A stretch of DNA of 63,864 nucleotides, the filler included, from Lenisia limosa (taxonomy: Eukaryota > Protista > Breviatea), in the NCBI GenBank assembly GCA_001655205.1. It is 11 parts of 11 records of this genome, joined end to end, with 100 filler letters (N's around TTAATTAATTAA, not from the genome) between each part and the next. Parts side by side here need not be neighbours in the genome. Positions count along the whole stretch, not along the records: positions 12,225 to 37,465 come from LPNZ01010842.1; 10 more parts are not named here. One strand, 5' to 3'. A program made the translations under genes and the position numbers. The stretch's first letter is position 1. Each line of letters starts with the position of its first letter. Shown piece after piece: positions 12,416-26,700 of the stretch. Below the pieces are notes generated by a model that worked only from the letters and a program-made list of their open reading frames with translations, had not been told where the DNA came from and ran no database searches.

Positions 12416-14619
12416 ATGATCACAGTTGGTTTGACAGGTGGGGGTGGGGGGGGGGGGNNNNNNNNNNNNNNNNNNNNNNNNNNNNNNNNNNNNNNNNNNN
12501 NNNNNNNNNNNNNNNNNNNNNNNNNNNNNNNNNNNNNNNNNNNNNNNNNNNNNNNNNNNNNNNNNNNNNNNNNNNNCTGGCTTTGTGGAGTTAATGAGAC
12601 AACTTGTCATTCCCCCAGCCCCCTCATATGCCTGTCATTCTCTCTCCCCCTCTTTTTCTCTTCTACTGCTAAAAACTGACCTTTCCTTTTGTCTCATTTT
12701 TCCCAAACCCTCGAATGCATTTTTAACATTGAGGTTGAATGTATAGCACTCCTCTCCATTTAACTTTCTCTTAAGTTCTGGATGACCCTTTACTAGGGCT
12801 CCGTGCAATTAATTTTTTGAGGAAATCAATTGACAAAGTTTGAAATGAAAGTGTCTGGAATAGGGTTCTCGTTACACTACATCCCACTTCAAATTTTGAA
12901 ATTAATTTGTTGATTAATTGCACGGAGCCCTACTCTTTACCATGATCTCTAGGCGGAATAGGGAGTGGCAAAACCGCGGTAGGAAGAAGACTGGCCAAGG
13001 TCCCGGGCTTTGAGGTGAGTCACTATCAAACTATTTCTTGTATTGTTGTTCAATCTGTGTTTTTAGATATCCGGGACACATTGGTTTGACAACTCTATTC
13101 TTTATGAGTATCAGGTGGTGATGATGGACCTAATAGCCAAAGATCTGATGGACTCATCTGAAGACCTGAGGTGATGTGGTTTTTCCAGGGTTTACGTGGT
13201 TGATTGGTATTTGTCTTACCGTATATCTAAACAGGACGCATACATGTCATATTATATGTAGTGTTAGGTGAGGCTTTTAATCCATCTAAGATATCTGAGT
13301 ATCCCCCCTGTAGGAGAAGGAGGGGTAGTTCTCTTTGTTATTTTCAGATCCAAGCCACACAAATATCAGGCAGCGTATCACATTCTAGACAAAAGCTAGC
13401 AGCTGAGTTTGGAGACAGCGTTATAAGCAACAACGCAGTCAACAGACCCGAACTGGCTCGGATTATCTTTTCCAGCCCGTCCGCCACAGACCAAGTCAAT
13501 GCCATTGTCCACCCGCTGGTCTTCAAGGAGGTCCGAAGACTACAGGAGGAGTGGGGGAGGGGGGAGAGGTAAATGCTGTTTTTTTTTGAATGGGGAAACA
13601 AAAGAGCGAAATATACTGAGATATTACATAATGTCAAAACAGTTATGAACCAGTGAGGGTGAAAGCTTGAATTACACTTATGAGTAGGGCTTCACTTCAG
13701 TTCGAAAAAGTCTGCTAAAATATCGATAGTTTTCGAGATTTATCGAGAAATTCAGACATTTTGAACCGAAGTGAAGCCCTACTTATGAGTGTTGTTTTTT
13801 ATAGTGATGGTCCAAACTCTAAATGATACATACCCCGATAGACCACATGAAAAAAGCCCTCTTAGAATGCTGTTCTACGTCTCATGCCATATGTAACATT
13901 TTAGAGCCAGGAAGAAGGGAACAAAAGTGTTCATATCAGAGACTGCTCTCCTCTACTCAACTGATGCGCATACGGTGCAGGAGGGAATCTGATATGAGTT
14001 TGTTCACCTTGTCCGAATACAAAATACAACATATCCACTGATACAATAACAATTATGGCTTCGGTCTGAAAAAAAGACTGAATCTCATCCTCGAAAACTA
14101 TGGATTCTGTCTTTTAACGCATCAAAGTCATGACGGATTAGCGTGGAGCAACATCATCGTCCAGTTCACTTCTCTTTCCTCTGACTATTCAGCGAAATGA
14201 TTACAATGTTCTCATTGAGTGTCCGGAGTCAGTTCGACTATCTCGAGCAATGCAAAGGGACTCTTGTGACAAAGAAAAGGTCCGTAATAGTTTTTTTGTT
14301 TGTTTTTCTCAAAGTTGCTGGGTTCTTTATTGTTTTCTGTAGTTGAAAATACAAAGGCAATAAGTCCTCTTACAGTTATCTTTTTGAGCACCCCCCCCTT
14401 TTTTTTTCACTCCGATTGATGCATTAGGTTAAGTCACGCATGGCCCTCCAAAGTAATTGGGACGAAGTGAAGGAGAAAGTTGACAAGGCTGTTTTCAATG
14501 ATGGTTTGAGGCTTGCTATGCTAGAATTATGTCTTTTGGTTACTTCTAAAGGCTTCGTAGGGAGAACGTCGGAGGATTCAGCGGAGGAGATCAGGAAATG
14601 GCTTGCTTCAAAGCTCTAG
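12416..14619 (+). CDS. coaE: Dephospho-CoA kinase (CoaE/DCAKD family)
   Basis: MITVGLT|GGIGSGKTAVGRRLA (Walker A), VNRPELARIIFS..QVNAIVHPLV, LIECPESVRLSRAMQRD, VKSRMALQ; stop TAG at 14617-14619. Confidence 0.92.
12794..12932. mobile_element. hAT-type MITE family B
   Basis: TIR TAGGGCTCCGTGCAATTAAT / ATTAATTGCACGGAGCCCTA; 8-bp TSD CCCTTTAC/CTCTTTAC. Confidence 0.88.
13685..13781. mobile_element. hAT-type MITE family A with perfect TSD
   Basis: Perfect 8-bp TSD CTTATGAG at 13677-13684 and 13782-13789. Confidence 0.92.
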
Positions 14620-14767
14620 GCTGCTCACTTCTTCATTGACAAGATGGTGTCTATGGCAAGACGGGTTTACAATGACCATTAAAATGTATTGCCAAAGTTA
14701 CAAACAATGACACGGAAATGAAATATGAAGAAAAATAACCCCAGCGAGTCACACACTCTCTACAGAA

Positions 14768-17700
14768 CTACAGCGGATGGTCCAGCGTATCATACGACGC
14801 ATGTTCATCAAAAAGATGGTTGTTAACTAATGGGATTAGAAATAAAACAAGGTTGTATCTGTCGTCGTCTACACCACCACGCTTATAAGAGAGTATTAAA
14901 GAAGAGTTAACTCACCCTCATCCGATTCGAAATTAGCCGATAACTTCTTCCGCCTTCTCCGCCTGGGCCTGGTCTTGGACTCCTCGAAAGTCATGGGTCC
15001 CAGTGCGCGGCCACGCATTTGGCGTGCGTGCACCATTTGAGTCCACGCCTCACTACACACCTCGTTAGACCGTGAAAGATGGCCAGTTTGAAGTGGTGAA
15101 CTGATGAGAAGAGCCATATTTAAGAAAAACACAATCCTCAACGGGAAAGACAGGTCAAAACACAAGTATGACTGAATATGCAATAAAAACGTTGGCCGAC
15201 CGAGACGTTTTCGGGTCAGCCAGCGGGGTGATGTTTGAAGCAGTGGTGGAAGGTGTGAAGCCGGAGTACTGCGCACTTGACCCTGGAGTGGGCGTCTGTA
15301 AAGTGAGTTTGATGATGATTGATATGAAACTGAAACACCTGATAATTCCCAAGCCGCGATTCTTTTTCTAACCTGAAGGGTGCTAGGGCTGAAGATTTGG
15401 ACGGGGGTAACTGGTCTTGGTCTTCGCCTTTTCCTGCGAAATAAAATAATTCTCAGGTCCACTCACCCCCATAATATCTCTACTCCAAATATGAAAATGT
15501 GAATAAATATTGCCGAAGCCACCATACTTCTTTGAGAGAACGTCAACAATTGGATACTTATCCTATTTCATCCCATCACCTGCCACCCTCAAGCCACCCT
15601 CGATACACATCGATGTTTCACCATCTTGATTGAACCAAAGCAAACGATAACCCGGCTCACATGTCACTATCGGGCTCAAAGGCCGTCGGCATCATCGGCA
15701 TGATCGGCATTTGTTCGGACGAGACAGAATCCGACCGCCGAGGCCGCAGCTCCGGACTGTTCGAGATATAGGACACGGATATAGCCCTAGTACGGGTACC
15801 GGGTTTAGAGGGGCTGATGTCAGAACACACCATGGGGATGAAGGGGACTGCGGGGCTACTTTGAGGATTAACAACGGCCTTCACAGAGAGCGCTTACAAG
15901 GTGGGGGGAGGCATGTCTAAGGGATTCATATAGCGCTTGCTGAAGACGGCAATTTGGGGGTTCCTCACTAAAGTGAAGCACTTCAACCATCTAAAGTGTC
16001 AATGTCGTGAGGCGAAATGCACACCTTTTCTGAGCCATTGAGATGACGAGTTCGCCTCTATCCTGGAGCTTTTTGCCTAAAGCCATGAGAACTACTTTAC
16101 AGGTTTGTTAGCACAAAAAAGACTCCCAACATATTCCAGATAACCATCAATAGAGAGGTGTAATTGTGAGTTATGGACCCCTCAACGCATACAGTACAGA
16201 AGAGACACACAGAAGGCTCGGATGATCGGGTTGTTGTATCGCTCGTGGAGGAGAAGCATCGACATAACTACACGTGAGCGCCAGATTGTTTGAAAGCAAA
16301 TATTGTTCAAAAAGTTCACAGTAGAAGAGATGAAAAAGGAGTTGGCGTAGCCTACAGATCGAGTAACTCTCGTCACTCCATGGTGAAGATGACAGTTCAC
16401 GATCACATTGGCCCTGAATAGCCATGCAGTGGTCTGACCGCGCAAATCGAAGGAAAAGCTGGACAATCAAACGCTAATCATTCGCCGAGAAATCGAAAAG
16501 AGTCTTATTATACATCATGCTTCAGACCCCCCACCATAACTATCCTGAAGATCAGCAGCACAAGGTTGTTGACAAAGCCGCCGACAATATACACCAAAAA
16601 GATGAGGAAATCGTATAGCGAGAACAAATTAAACCTGTGGAGGTCAGAACGATCTCAAATGAACAAACTTGAGAATGCTTTCACGGTTGTCGGTAAAGAT
16701 GTACATAGCAAAGACGGGCATGAAGAGACGGACCAGGATCGATGCCAAACCTGAGAGGGAGGGTTAAGGGGGGTATGACTTCTTAACGTATGTGGGGAGG
16801 TGGGGAGGTGGGTAAAAGATAACTTAGGACTTTGATTGTTGAAGATATTCTTTGTATTATCTGGGTCATTCTCACATCACTGTCCCAGGTGGATCACCAT
16901 ACCGAAAGTTGACGTGAATAGGACAATTTGGCCAGCGTCAGGACCACTCGATGAGTTGCCGGCCGAGATGAGAATAAAAAAGACCGGAGTGGCCAAGAGG
17001 ATGATCATGAAGAATGACAGGAACGATCGAGCTACTTGGTGGCCTAATGGGTCAAATGAGGAAAAGTGATCAATGAGACTGTGAGGTAATATTTCGTCCC
17101 CCTGAACGGGTATATTCCCAATGAATGTTAAGAAAAAGGCAAACTTACCCATGGGAATATGTATCACATGTTCGGTTCAAAAAAAGGCTGAATTCCTCGA
17201 TTAATCTTCGAAAATTATCGATACTTCACCGGTATTTTTTGAACCGAAGTGAAGCCCTTATCACACAGGAATATGATATCACAACATCAGGGAATCTCAA
17301 GAACGGTGCAAACCGGTATAGTAGGGAGCCATCCACGGGGAGTACGTGTGCTTCCTTCCAAACCACCTTGAACCACTCCTGGTTTCCATAATCTGCGTGA
17401 AGTGTCAGAAATACCGGAGGGGAGAGCTGAGGCCTCTTGATCAATCCTTGAATATGCTCACCTTGAGCCTGTAGGACTTGAACATCGCTACCCAGGAGTA
17501 CAATGCAGCAACGAAAGCAATAAAGGCTGCAAGCGCCAGAGCGACATTCAAGGTGTGGAAGATGGAATCAATGCTGCTGAACACCTTGATAAGTAAGAGA
17601 AGCTAATATCACCAATCAGCTTACCTGTCCCTTCTTTGTCGGGATGTTGAGAATGAAATCGGAGTCGATGAAGGATTCTGTTCCTAAGTACGATCCAAAC

Positions 17701-20700
17701 AATGACGACACCCCTAGACGGTCACAAATGTTTCGCTTTTGGCCAAATGGGGCCAAGGCTTGGTCCAAATAAGACTCTTTCACGACCGCAGATATATCAA
17801 ATCATTCCATATTTGCAAAGCAAGGAGGCCCCATTGCCACAAACCGAAGACAAGCCAGTGAAGCGAAGGGGACTGCAAAAGTCCCATGCCATTGTCCCCA
17901 AGACTGCGGCTCGCGCTAAACTGTACCAACGAGCCTTGGAAAGTGGTGTACAGATGCTCGAATGTCGAATACGCTAAGCCAGTCAACAGGAAGCTCAGAA
18001 AAAGACCGGACGCCCTTTTTGCCTACTTTTGATTTTGGCATCGAAGGAGTAAAGTGCTGAGATGCGAGCAATGAACTCATACAGAGCGAGCTTGAGGTTG
18101 GACGAAAAGATGTTGAGCCACATGGCAATAGAGGCCAAGCCTAGCGCCAGAACCACCAGGAACTACGTATTAGAAGAAGGGGGGGGGGGTAGCAGAACGA
18201 AGCAAAGCCCGTAAAATGACCGAAAAAAGCTTTTCGGGTTCATATATAAGTTGAAGCAACTCACATAGAAAGTTAGGAGGCTCGTGAGAATGAGGCGAAT
18301 AGGGTACCGGAAAGGCTTGTCAAAAGGCTCGTGGGGGTGTGGCAAATCGGGGTACAGCCACCGCTTGAGGACTCTCGAGATGTAGTACGACAGGTCCCAC
18401 CAAAATTTTCTGAGGAAGCTGGCCGTGTGGATGGGGTGCTGAAGGGTATTAATTAATCAATGACATGGTTGGGAAATTTGTCTGCGGTACTATTTTCAAA
18501 ACTGCCTTTACAATGGGACTTTTGGCCAAAAATCTTCAGGTGACTGAACCACCTTAAGCTAACCAACTCTCCAGTTTTGTAACAAATGTCCCGCCACCAA
18601 TACGTTATTTATCATATTGTATTATTTTACCATGGAATTTTCTCAGTTATGAAAATATCCCATGTATGCGCACCTCATTGTTTGCCTCGGCCTTGAGTCG
18701 AGCCACTTCATCCTCATCCGCCGAGGTTGGCGATAGACACAGCAAACTTGCTATCACACTATACAGTTAACGCGTCACACGTTGCAAAAAAATAGAGATG
18801 AGAAATACAACAAAGTTGTTCAGGCCGAAGCTGTCCACACCATCACTCTGAAAAGAGAAATGGAATGGATAGCACAATATTAATTCACCAATTTATTTGC
18901 CTTACAACTCTGCTATTCATGGAGGTAGTTCGCTGTTTAACGCTATACTTACTTGGCTCCGCCTACTTTTTGATCGGTTGTTTGGGGACCTTGCGTTCGA
19001 TCTTTGCTGCAGGTGTCAGCAGCCTTTTGACAACGTTGTAGCTGAAACCGTGGGGGGCTTCCTTGCGCTATAGTGTCAGGAATCAATACTATTGCAATTA
19101 AGAATTCGACATTCTCCTACAATGAAAGGCTTAACGAAGCCTTTAAACGTGATGTAGAGATAGCCGAGGACAGTCATAACAAGGAAGAGTTGGGCAATAC
19201 TCGTCAGGATAAACTCAAATACGTCCCTGTCTGACAGCTTCGTCCTAAATCGTTATCATGTGTTGCAGTGAGAAGTGATAAAGAGGCTACAGGCCTTTGA
19301 TGAGGTCAAGCTAGCAAGACAACTCACTTGAGAATGTCGTTGTTGAACGTGTAGAAGAAGTAGACCGAGACAATGAGGCCGCAAAAGACCCAGGCAATAT
19401 GACGGCTTCTTCCGGTGCCGAGAAACATCGGGATGGACAGGACAAAATAGGTGTAGATTGACGTCTCGAGTGCCACTGGTGATGAGCAGAAGCAGAAAAT
19501 ATCGATCAAGATATGAACTTTCAAGCACTCACTTAGGTCACTGGCATCGAAGAGATGGGTGTTGACAACGGAAATGGGCTTGGAAACCACTTCCGAGGAG
19601 CCGCTGAAGCTGATACCTAGGCAATAGTGTCCCGTGTCTCCTGATGTGAACCTGAATATTGTTCAGAATGGTGTACAATTAAAAATTTCAGTAGACAGTA
19701 AATACTTACTATTGCATGGCTTTGCGCCTGCTTACCTCAGTTGCTGGAATTGGTAGTAACCCTCAGAATCGGTTGTCACTGAGAAGTCATAGGCGATGGT
19801 GGCCTTCGCCTCAACTCCCTAAAATATTAACATGGATNNNNNNNNNNNNNNNNNNNNNNNNNNNNNNNNNNNNNNNNNNNNNNNNNNNNNNNNNNNNNNN
19901 NNNNNNNNNNNNNNNNNNNNNNNNNNAACCTTGCAATCAGTGACCACCACATCTGGACGGAGGCCTGACACAATACTGTTCTCCAAGCTGAAGTCTTCAA
20001 ACACGTCTTTGTTGATAACCACCTGAAGTGTCACATCATCAGAGCCAAAGACAGCAAAGTCACAACATCAGAGCCAAAGAGCAAAGTCACAACATCAGAG
20101 CCAAAGACAGCAAACATGAACGATCGGCTGAATCAGATCCGACTCGTCCGCCTCATCAAACGATATTTGAGTCTACAAGGGTTAATAAGGGAGCCATTTC
20201 GAGCAGTTCTTTGTTGAGTTGAAGTCCCACGGAGTCTTCATGCGAGCGGTACTGTTGCGTGCCCTGCGGCTGTGTCATAATATCTGGGGCCATGAAGGGG
20301 TTGACGGCTCGGAAAGGCAGCGACCGGGCAATTGCCATGGACGTCGCCGTTTTGATTTGATACACCCCGCCTGACAGGTTAGAAAGGCAATTATTTTCAT
20401 ACCTATCGAGAATACACACAGTGACTGGAATAAGTCTTGCCTGATTTGCTATAGGATTTCCCCAAAGAAAATCTGTCAAAACTTATCCCGGTCAGTGTAC
20501 ATATCATATGCATATGTTGCTATATTATCTCACCCCTCTCCCAGACCATGCTGAGCTCTGACCAGAGTGGAGAGGAGAGAAATGTAGCCTTCCTCATCGA
20601 CCGGAAAGTGAAGCACTGACAACAGGCCGGGTTCAACAGCGGCTGAAGAGTGACGGAAAACAGAAACTTTGAAATGATCTGCAGCAAAAGAAAGAACCCC

Positions 20701-23700
20701 GTACATGGCACTTTTGATTTGCAGATGGAAGGGCACTTATGCAAAACCACCGAGAGGAAGAACTCCGGAAAGGCGTAAGCGCTTCCGTTGAAGGAGTTGA
20801 AGGGAATGTGGTTTTGTTCCAAACAATGCTGACAGTCCTAATGGAAATTAGGTCACCACCATCAAACTCTAAAAGAACATACAGTGACTGGAATAAGACT
20901 TGACGTCTTTTCCTTGGGAAATCACAAAAGTAAATCGGTCAAAACTTATCCCGGTCACTGTATATAATCATAAAATTCCTTCAATCCCTTTGCATTCAAC
21001 CAGTTTGCCATGGCAGAGCACCCGGCATACAGGGGAGTAGAACTCAGTGGGACTAAGCTCAAATCGAGCAACATCCCCTCCAACTGACGTTCCATCCTGA
21101 GGGGAGTAAAACGAAGGAAATTTCGATAAAGAATATTGGCGTAAAGGTACTAATCACGAACCGAAAAATCTGAAACTCTAGGAGGGGGGGGGGGGANNNN
21201 NNNNNNNNNNNNNNNNNNNNNNNNNNNNNNNNNNNNNNNNNNNNNNNNNNNNNAAAGAGGCATGGGAGACTCACTTCCAATTCGAAATGCACCAAAGCTG
21301 GTATGTTGTCTGAAGACACCACTACTCCTTTGTTTCTCTTTTCTACACTGTTATTTGTGTACCCATAATAGAGTATTACAATTGTCCAAAATACATAATC
21401 TTAATCCCCTTGCCAGATATCACCAACACTATTTGGTTGCAATGGAATGAGAAAGAACAGAATTTAGGGCTTCACTTCGGTTCGAAAAAAGACTGAATTT
21501 CTCGATAAATCCTCGAAAACTATCGATATTTTACCGGTCTTTTTCGAACCGAAGTGAAGCTTTAGTAATTATTAACTTGAGTGAAATGAACAATGCAGCA
21601 ATATATGTAATTCATAGCTTGGGCTTTCTTGTGGTCCCAGAAAGACTGGATTTCTCAATAAATCCTCGATAAATATCGATTACCGGTCTTTTCCTTTCCG
21701 CCCTACCGTCATCGACTTGGTTATTGAAGACAATCCGTTCGGCTGTTGTTTTGACTGTGAGGTGGAAGGAGCTGGTAACTTGGTCGAAGAGCTGTGAAGG
21801 TAAGGTCGCTTTCAGATTTAGATAGGATTATGTTATTGCTCCAAATGAAATTAGTGTATTTAGTTTCCATTTTACAAGTACAAATGAGACAAATCTCTAT
21901 CGTTTACATAATCTCCATTGAAAGAGATATTGATTATAGTAGTGACAAACCTCCATTCTCAAATCCGCCACAAATGCTGGTGTTGCTGCTTGGAACCTGC
22001 GGGGGTCAGACACAGAACCTCAAGTCTCTCTTTCTAGTTTCACCATCGTCTGTCACTGCCTCAATAGCGGTCAAGTCTGTCTTGAGATGTTCACCATCAC
22101 GACCGGAAGAACCAAGGGCTTACGCGAGGCTTTGGAACGTGGCCGAAGTTTGGTCGATGAACGTGGGGACGAGAGCGTTGGACATGGTCAACTGCAGAGT
22201 GTCTGGGGAGGGGGGGGGGTGAGGGCTTGACTCTATTTCGATGATTTATTGGGGGTGAAGGTATTCGGATGACATTGTTAATATATGCTCGAGGTCCTAA
22301 ACTATGTCGTTAATTCGAAATATTGTCGTAAATTCAATTATCTGTGACTGTCTCTTTTTCATGTTACGGTCAACTTCACAACAATTTAACNNNNNNNNNN
22401 NNNNNNNNNNNNNNNNNNNNNNNNNNNNNNNNNNNNNNNNNNNNNNNNNNNNNNNNNNNNNNNNNNNNNNNNNNNNNNNNNNNNNNNNNNNNNNNNNNNN
22501 NNNNNNNNNNNNNNNNNNNNNNNNNNNNNNNNNNNNNNNNNNNNNNNNNNNNNNNNNNNNNNNNNNNNNNNNNNNNNATGAATAGCTGATTTGGCGACCG
22601 TAAAAAATTAACGACATAATTTTGGACCTTGAGATATAATAGTGAGGCAAATACGCTTACCATCGCTTGAGGTGACAATTTCAAAGTGCTGCGCCAGCTT
22701 CGGGAGAATGTCGACTAAGAAGTCAGTGTTATTTTGAGGGGGAGAAAGAGGTACCCTTCAAGTTCAATGAAACTCTCTTGTTATTTCGAATTATTAGCAG
22801 CTGAATATCCGGAAATACACTACGGCGCATTGACGTGTTATTCATATGAGAAAGTATTCTCATTATTTACATCAGAAATCCATGTTGCTATATAATTATA
22901 AGGAAATCCGAAGAAATATTTGGGATTCCCTAATACTACGTGGGAGTTCTAAATCGATGCGCCTTAGTGTAACGTAAATTGTTTGATCTCCCCGGGACCC
23001 ACATTGGTCGAAGCCGGGATCCATAATAAACTTGACGATGGGTGGGACAGGGAAGGGCGATTGTCGCGCAATAACACTGTTTTTATGAGAATGAACAGAA
23101 TAATATTCCAACTATGCCACCTTAAAACGTTTCAAATTCGTTGCCCAACTTACGCTGAAGGCTTGTTGGCCAAGGCGATAGTGTAGAGAAGCTTCGGCTT
23201 GGTTATAGCACCGGGGGCAATGCAGGAGGACCGTGTCATTCCAGGCAAGCATATGATGGCCTCAAATTCCTACAAGATGAACTCCCTCTTGGAGTGAATG
23301 ATACTCGGGTAATTCCAGAACAATATGACTGTTTGAAACAACATTCATTTGTTGATGACAAAGTAGTCAGGGCAGAGGTTGAAAATGGGACGAATCCATC
23401 CCCCCCCCCCACTTGATCCGGGTCTTGAGAGACCCCAGGGCAGCTGAGCACAGAAATGCGGTGCGTTTCAGCCATACTCAGCCCTTCACTGTCCTCAAGC
23501 AGACAAGGCGACACAGTAGATGTTCGAGGGAGTACCATGAACTGAGGAGTTACGAACCATCAACATCTTCTAGTTTATTCCAAATATATTCAAAAAGTTC
23601 AAACTTTACTTTTTCAACAAATGACAGGTTGAGCTGGTGTCAAAGGCATGGAAATTTACAGAAGTGAAACAGTGGGAAAGTGGTACACGATCATGGGATA

Positions 23701-26700
23701 TAATAAGCAAGAGAATAACCAACATGGTACGGTGCAGAGGTGTTGGTGCCTGTGTCAGTTTTAACCATGACAGTGGGGCTCTCAAGTACTGCTGGCAGGC
23801 CAAGAACGTCAGGTATCTGGGTGGTGAGTATGCTACAAAAAAAGAAGCAGTCAATAACACATCAGCAGCCAGACATACAACAAGGGCAGATTGGAGGGAA
23901 AAGTCTATTTTGCCTGATGTGCAGTGGATTTGGACCATATTACTAAACCGTTACAGATCCGGTCAAAAAACTAATATATAATATATTGATCACACTAAAG
24001 AGCGTGCTAAAGAAGCGATCTTAGATCCCCACCTCCATACGCCGTCCACAACCACAGAAACAGTGATTGAGCCAGTGAACCAAATCGGAAGTTTCAAGCC
24101 CGGCCGCGAGGTCAGTTTTGAGGAGCCAACCTGAGGACATCAATTGGATTGATAATAAATGAAATAGGATCTTACAAGTGGAATCCCCTCAACCTGGTGA
24201 CTTGTTGGCGAGTCGATAATGTTGCCATCAATGTACACACTCAAACTAAAATGGTTATACTCATAAATGCAGGTTACAATTGGCGGAAATTCTCAAAGGG
24301 ATCATGGTATGAATTGATCTTTCACTGGCAATCTTCCCTTCCAACTTTTCGGTCGTGTAAACTGCCGTCATTGGGAGGCTGTATTGCACTTGGACAACCT
24401 GAAGATGTTACTAGGAAGATCCTGTGAGTATTTGAAAGAACCTTCCTCTTTACCTTGATGGTTGAATTTGACGTGGTTGTGATCCCTGAAATGGTGACTA
24501 CGAATGGAATGAGAGAGAAAAAAAACTAAGAACGAGGAAAACACTGGGTTATCAAATATCTCATAATACATTACCCTTATTTTATTTCTCATTTCTACGC
24601 AGTATTATATGATATGATATAATATACCACAACTAGCCCCACCATTCGAAGGCTCCACCAATACAGGAAGTAATACAGTCGTTCCACCAATGCCTAAATA
24701 GTAACATGAAGATTGTCAGTACGCTTATTTGCTTTCATAATCCTCATTTAATACTTTGTGAATTATTACATATCATATGTATGATTATAATGTTTCTGCA
24801 GGCTTAACACTGAACTGACCACTAAAAGAGTCGCTGTTGACAATGACCGTCTTAGTACGTGATGCCAGCTCCGCCTCGGCCAGGGCTGGGGTGTTAACAA
24901 TTAAAAGATTCGAGGATAAGCATTGGCAGAAATGGGATAGCCACAAAATGGATCATCTAAAAACTCAGAAAACTATAACGTGCCATCCTCTCTGGGCAAT
25001 TGGCAATACAAGGCAGCCTCATACGTGAAACAAGACCGGTCTGCAACTTGCTCTCCAGAACCTGGGTGAAGAGTGTCGGCTCATATGACCCAACCCAAAT
25101 GCGGAACATCATTGAGCGACCGGCTTCAAGGCCGAAGATCTTGGAACCCTTTCGGTCCGTTAGAACTGCAGGGTTAGAAATGATCACATGATGCAGGACG
25201 TACTTTGCATTTCGTTTGACAAGTGGAAGCCATAATGCGTGGACTAAACGGTGAGATAGTAAATAGTGACTCCTTATGAAGGCAGATCTGTCACATCCAT
25301 CTGTATAACCCTGCGTGAGCATTCCGCTCACATTAGTGCCATCAACACACTGCAACGTTGACACGAGATTAAAGGTGTGGAAGGCGCCAGCGGAGTACTA
25401 AAAAGTTACTTCCAGAGAGGCAAGTGACCTTGCTCTCCGATTGACTCCACATAGTAGATTAATTATCATTTGCTAAATATCTCTGACAGCACACAGCCTC
25501 CATGCTCCCCATACCGCTATTGTATTGTCAACAAGCTGGAGACAGACCGTCAGGCCTGTTAAGGAAGGCACCACCACATCTGCTGCCGTACGAGCCTAAT
25601 GCTATCAATTATCTTCAGTCTCATGAAAAAAGAGAGATTTTTAAAATAACACTTCTCCTCCATGATATCCATATTTGAGCGACACGAGACTTAACAGACC
25701 TCGATATTAACGGTGAAAGGATCCAACGTGAGTTTGGAAGGGAAAGGGGTCTTCTGAACAACCCGAATAGAAGCTTCGTCAGATGAACTGAATTGGTCAG
25801 TGCTGTTGTCAAAAAGAGACATCGAAGCATTCTTCAAAGCCATTACAGAGCTCAACATTCAAGACAGTACACACTCCTCAAATGCCCATCAACAAACCTT
25901 GGGATGATATCATAGATCTTCGAAGATAAACCGGAGGTCACACCCTGCACATCTACTCGGATTTGATATTGTCCTAAACAGTCAGTCAGGGCTACGCCCG
26001 AGCTAGGGGAATCTACAAAGTCTTCCATTGAAACGTAGGCCAACCGGTGATGCACGGGCGGAAGTTGCAGACGATGGACAATGGGAGAGTGTCGTCGTCC
26101 ATGACATGACTGCAGTCCAGGCGGCACTGAATAGTGACCTTGTCGAGCACTCAGACCGCTTTGCAAACACAATAAAATAAAAACACTGTCACTGTGCGTG
26201 ATTGTTAAGAAAGTTACAAGTTTGTTCCACCACTTTTTGAGTTCTCAGCCACACCCACAGTTTTATGGGTGTTGATTTCATAGGCAGTCACTGAAGAAGC
26301 CAGGTACTTCGAGAACGATCCTAAAACTGTTAAAAGATCCCGGGGCGTGGGCCTTACGATGCGGTACCCGGGTGGCAGAGATCGTTGAGATTTGGAACAG
26401 CAAGGGCGTCTTGAAAGACTCAGTCACCTGGGATTGTAAGACTAACACATATCATGCAAAACATCCTTCAATATCGCATCATATTGTGCCAAATAAGCAA
26501 GTGGCTCGTCAATTTCGTACGCAGTGCCACTAAGGCTTCACTTCGGTTCGATAAAAGACTGAATATCTCGATAAATCCTAGAAAACTATCAAAATTTTCC
26601 CGCGTTTTTTTCGAACCGAAGTGAAGCCCTACAGATCCCAACATACCATACAGGTGTAGCCGTTCTCGCAAGTTGGTTCCTCAACAATATTGGCCTAAAG

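Noticed and set aside
18793-18850. Family D as box C/D snoRNA (GTGATGG...CTGA)
   Set aside because: Only this copy has a D-like box; the others read CCAGA and box C is imperfect. Kept only as an unclassified structured repeat.
23637-23981. Plus-strand ORF resembling an AP2/HNH-AP2 domain (WQAKNVRYLGGEYATKKEA)
   Set aside because: It is antisense to splice-site-bounded exons of the STRA6-like gene (ILTTQIPDVLGLPAVLESPTVMVKT); most likely a shadow ORF.
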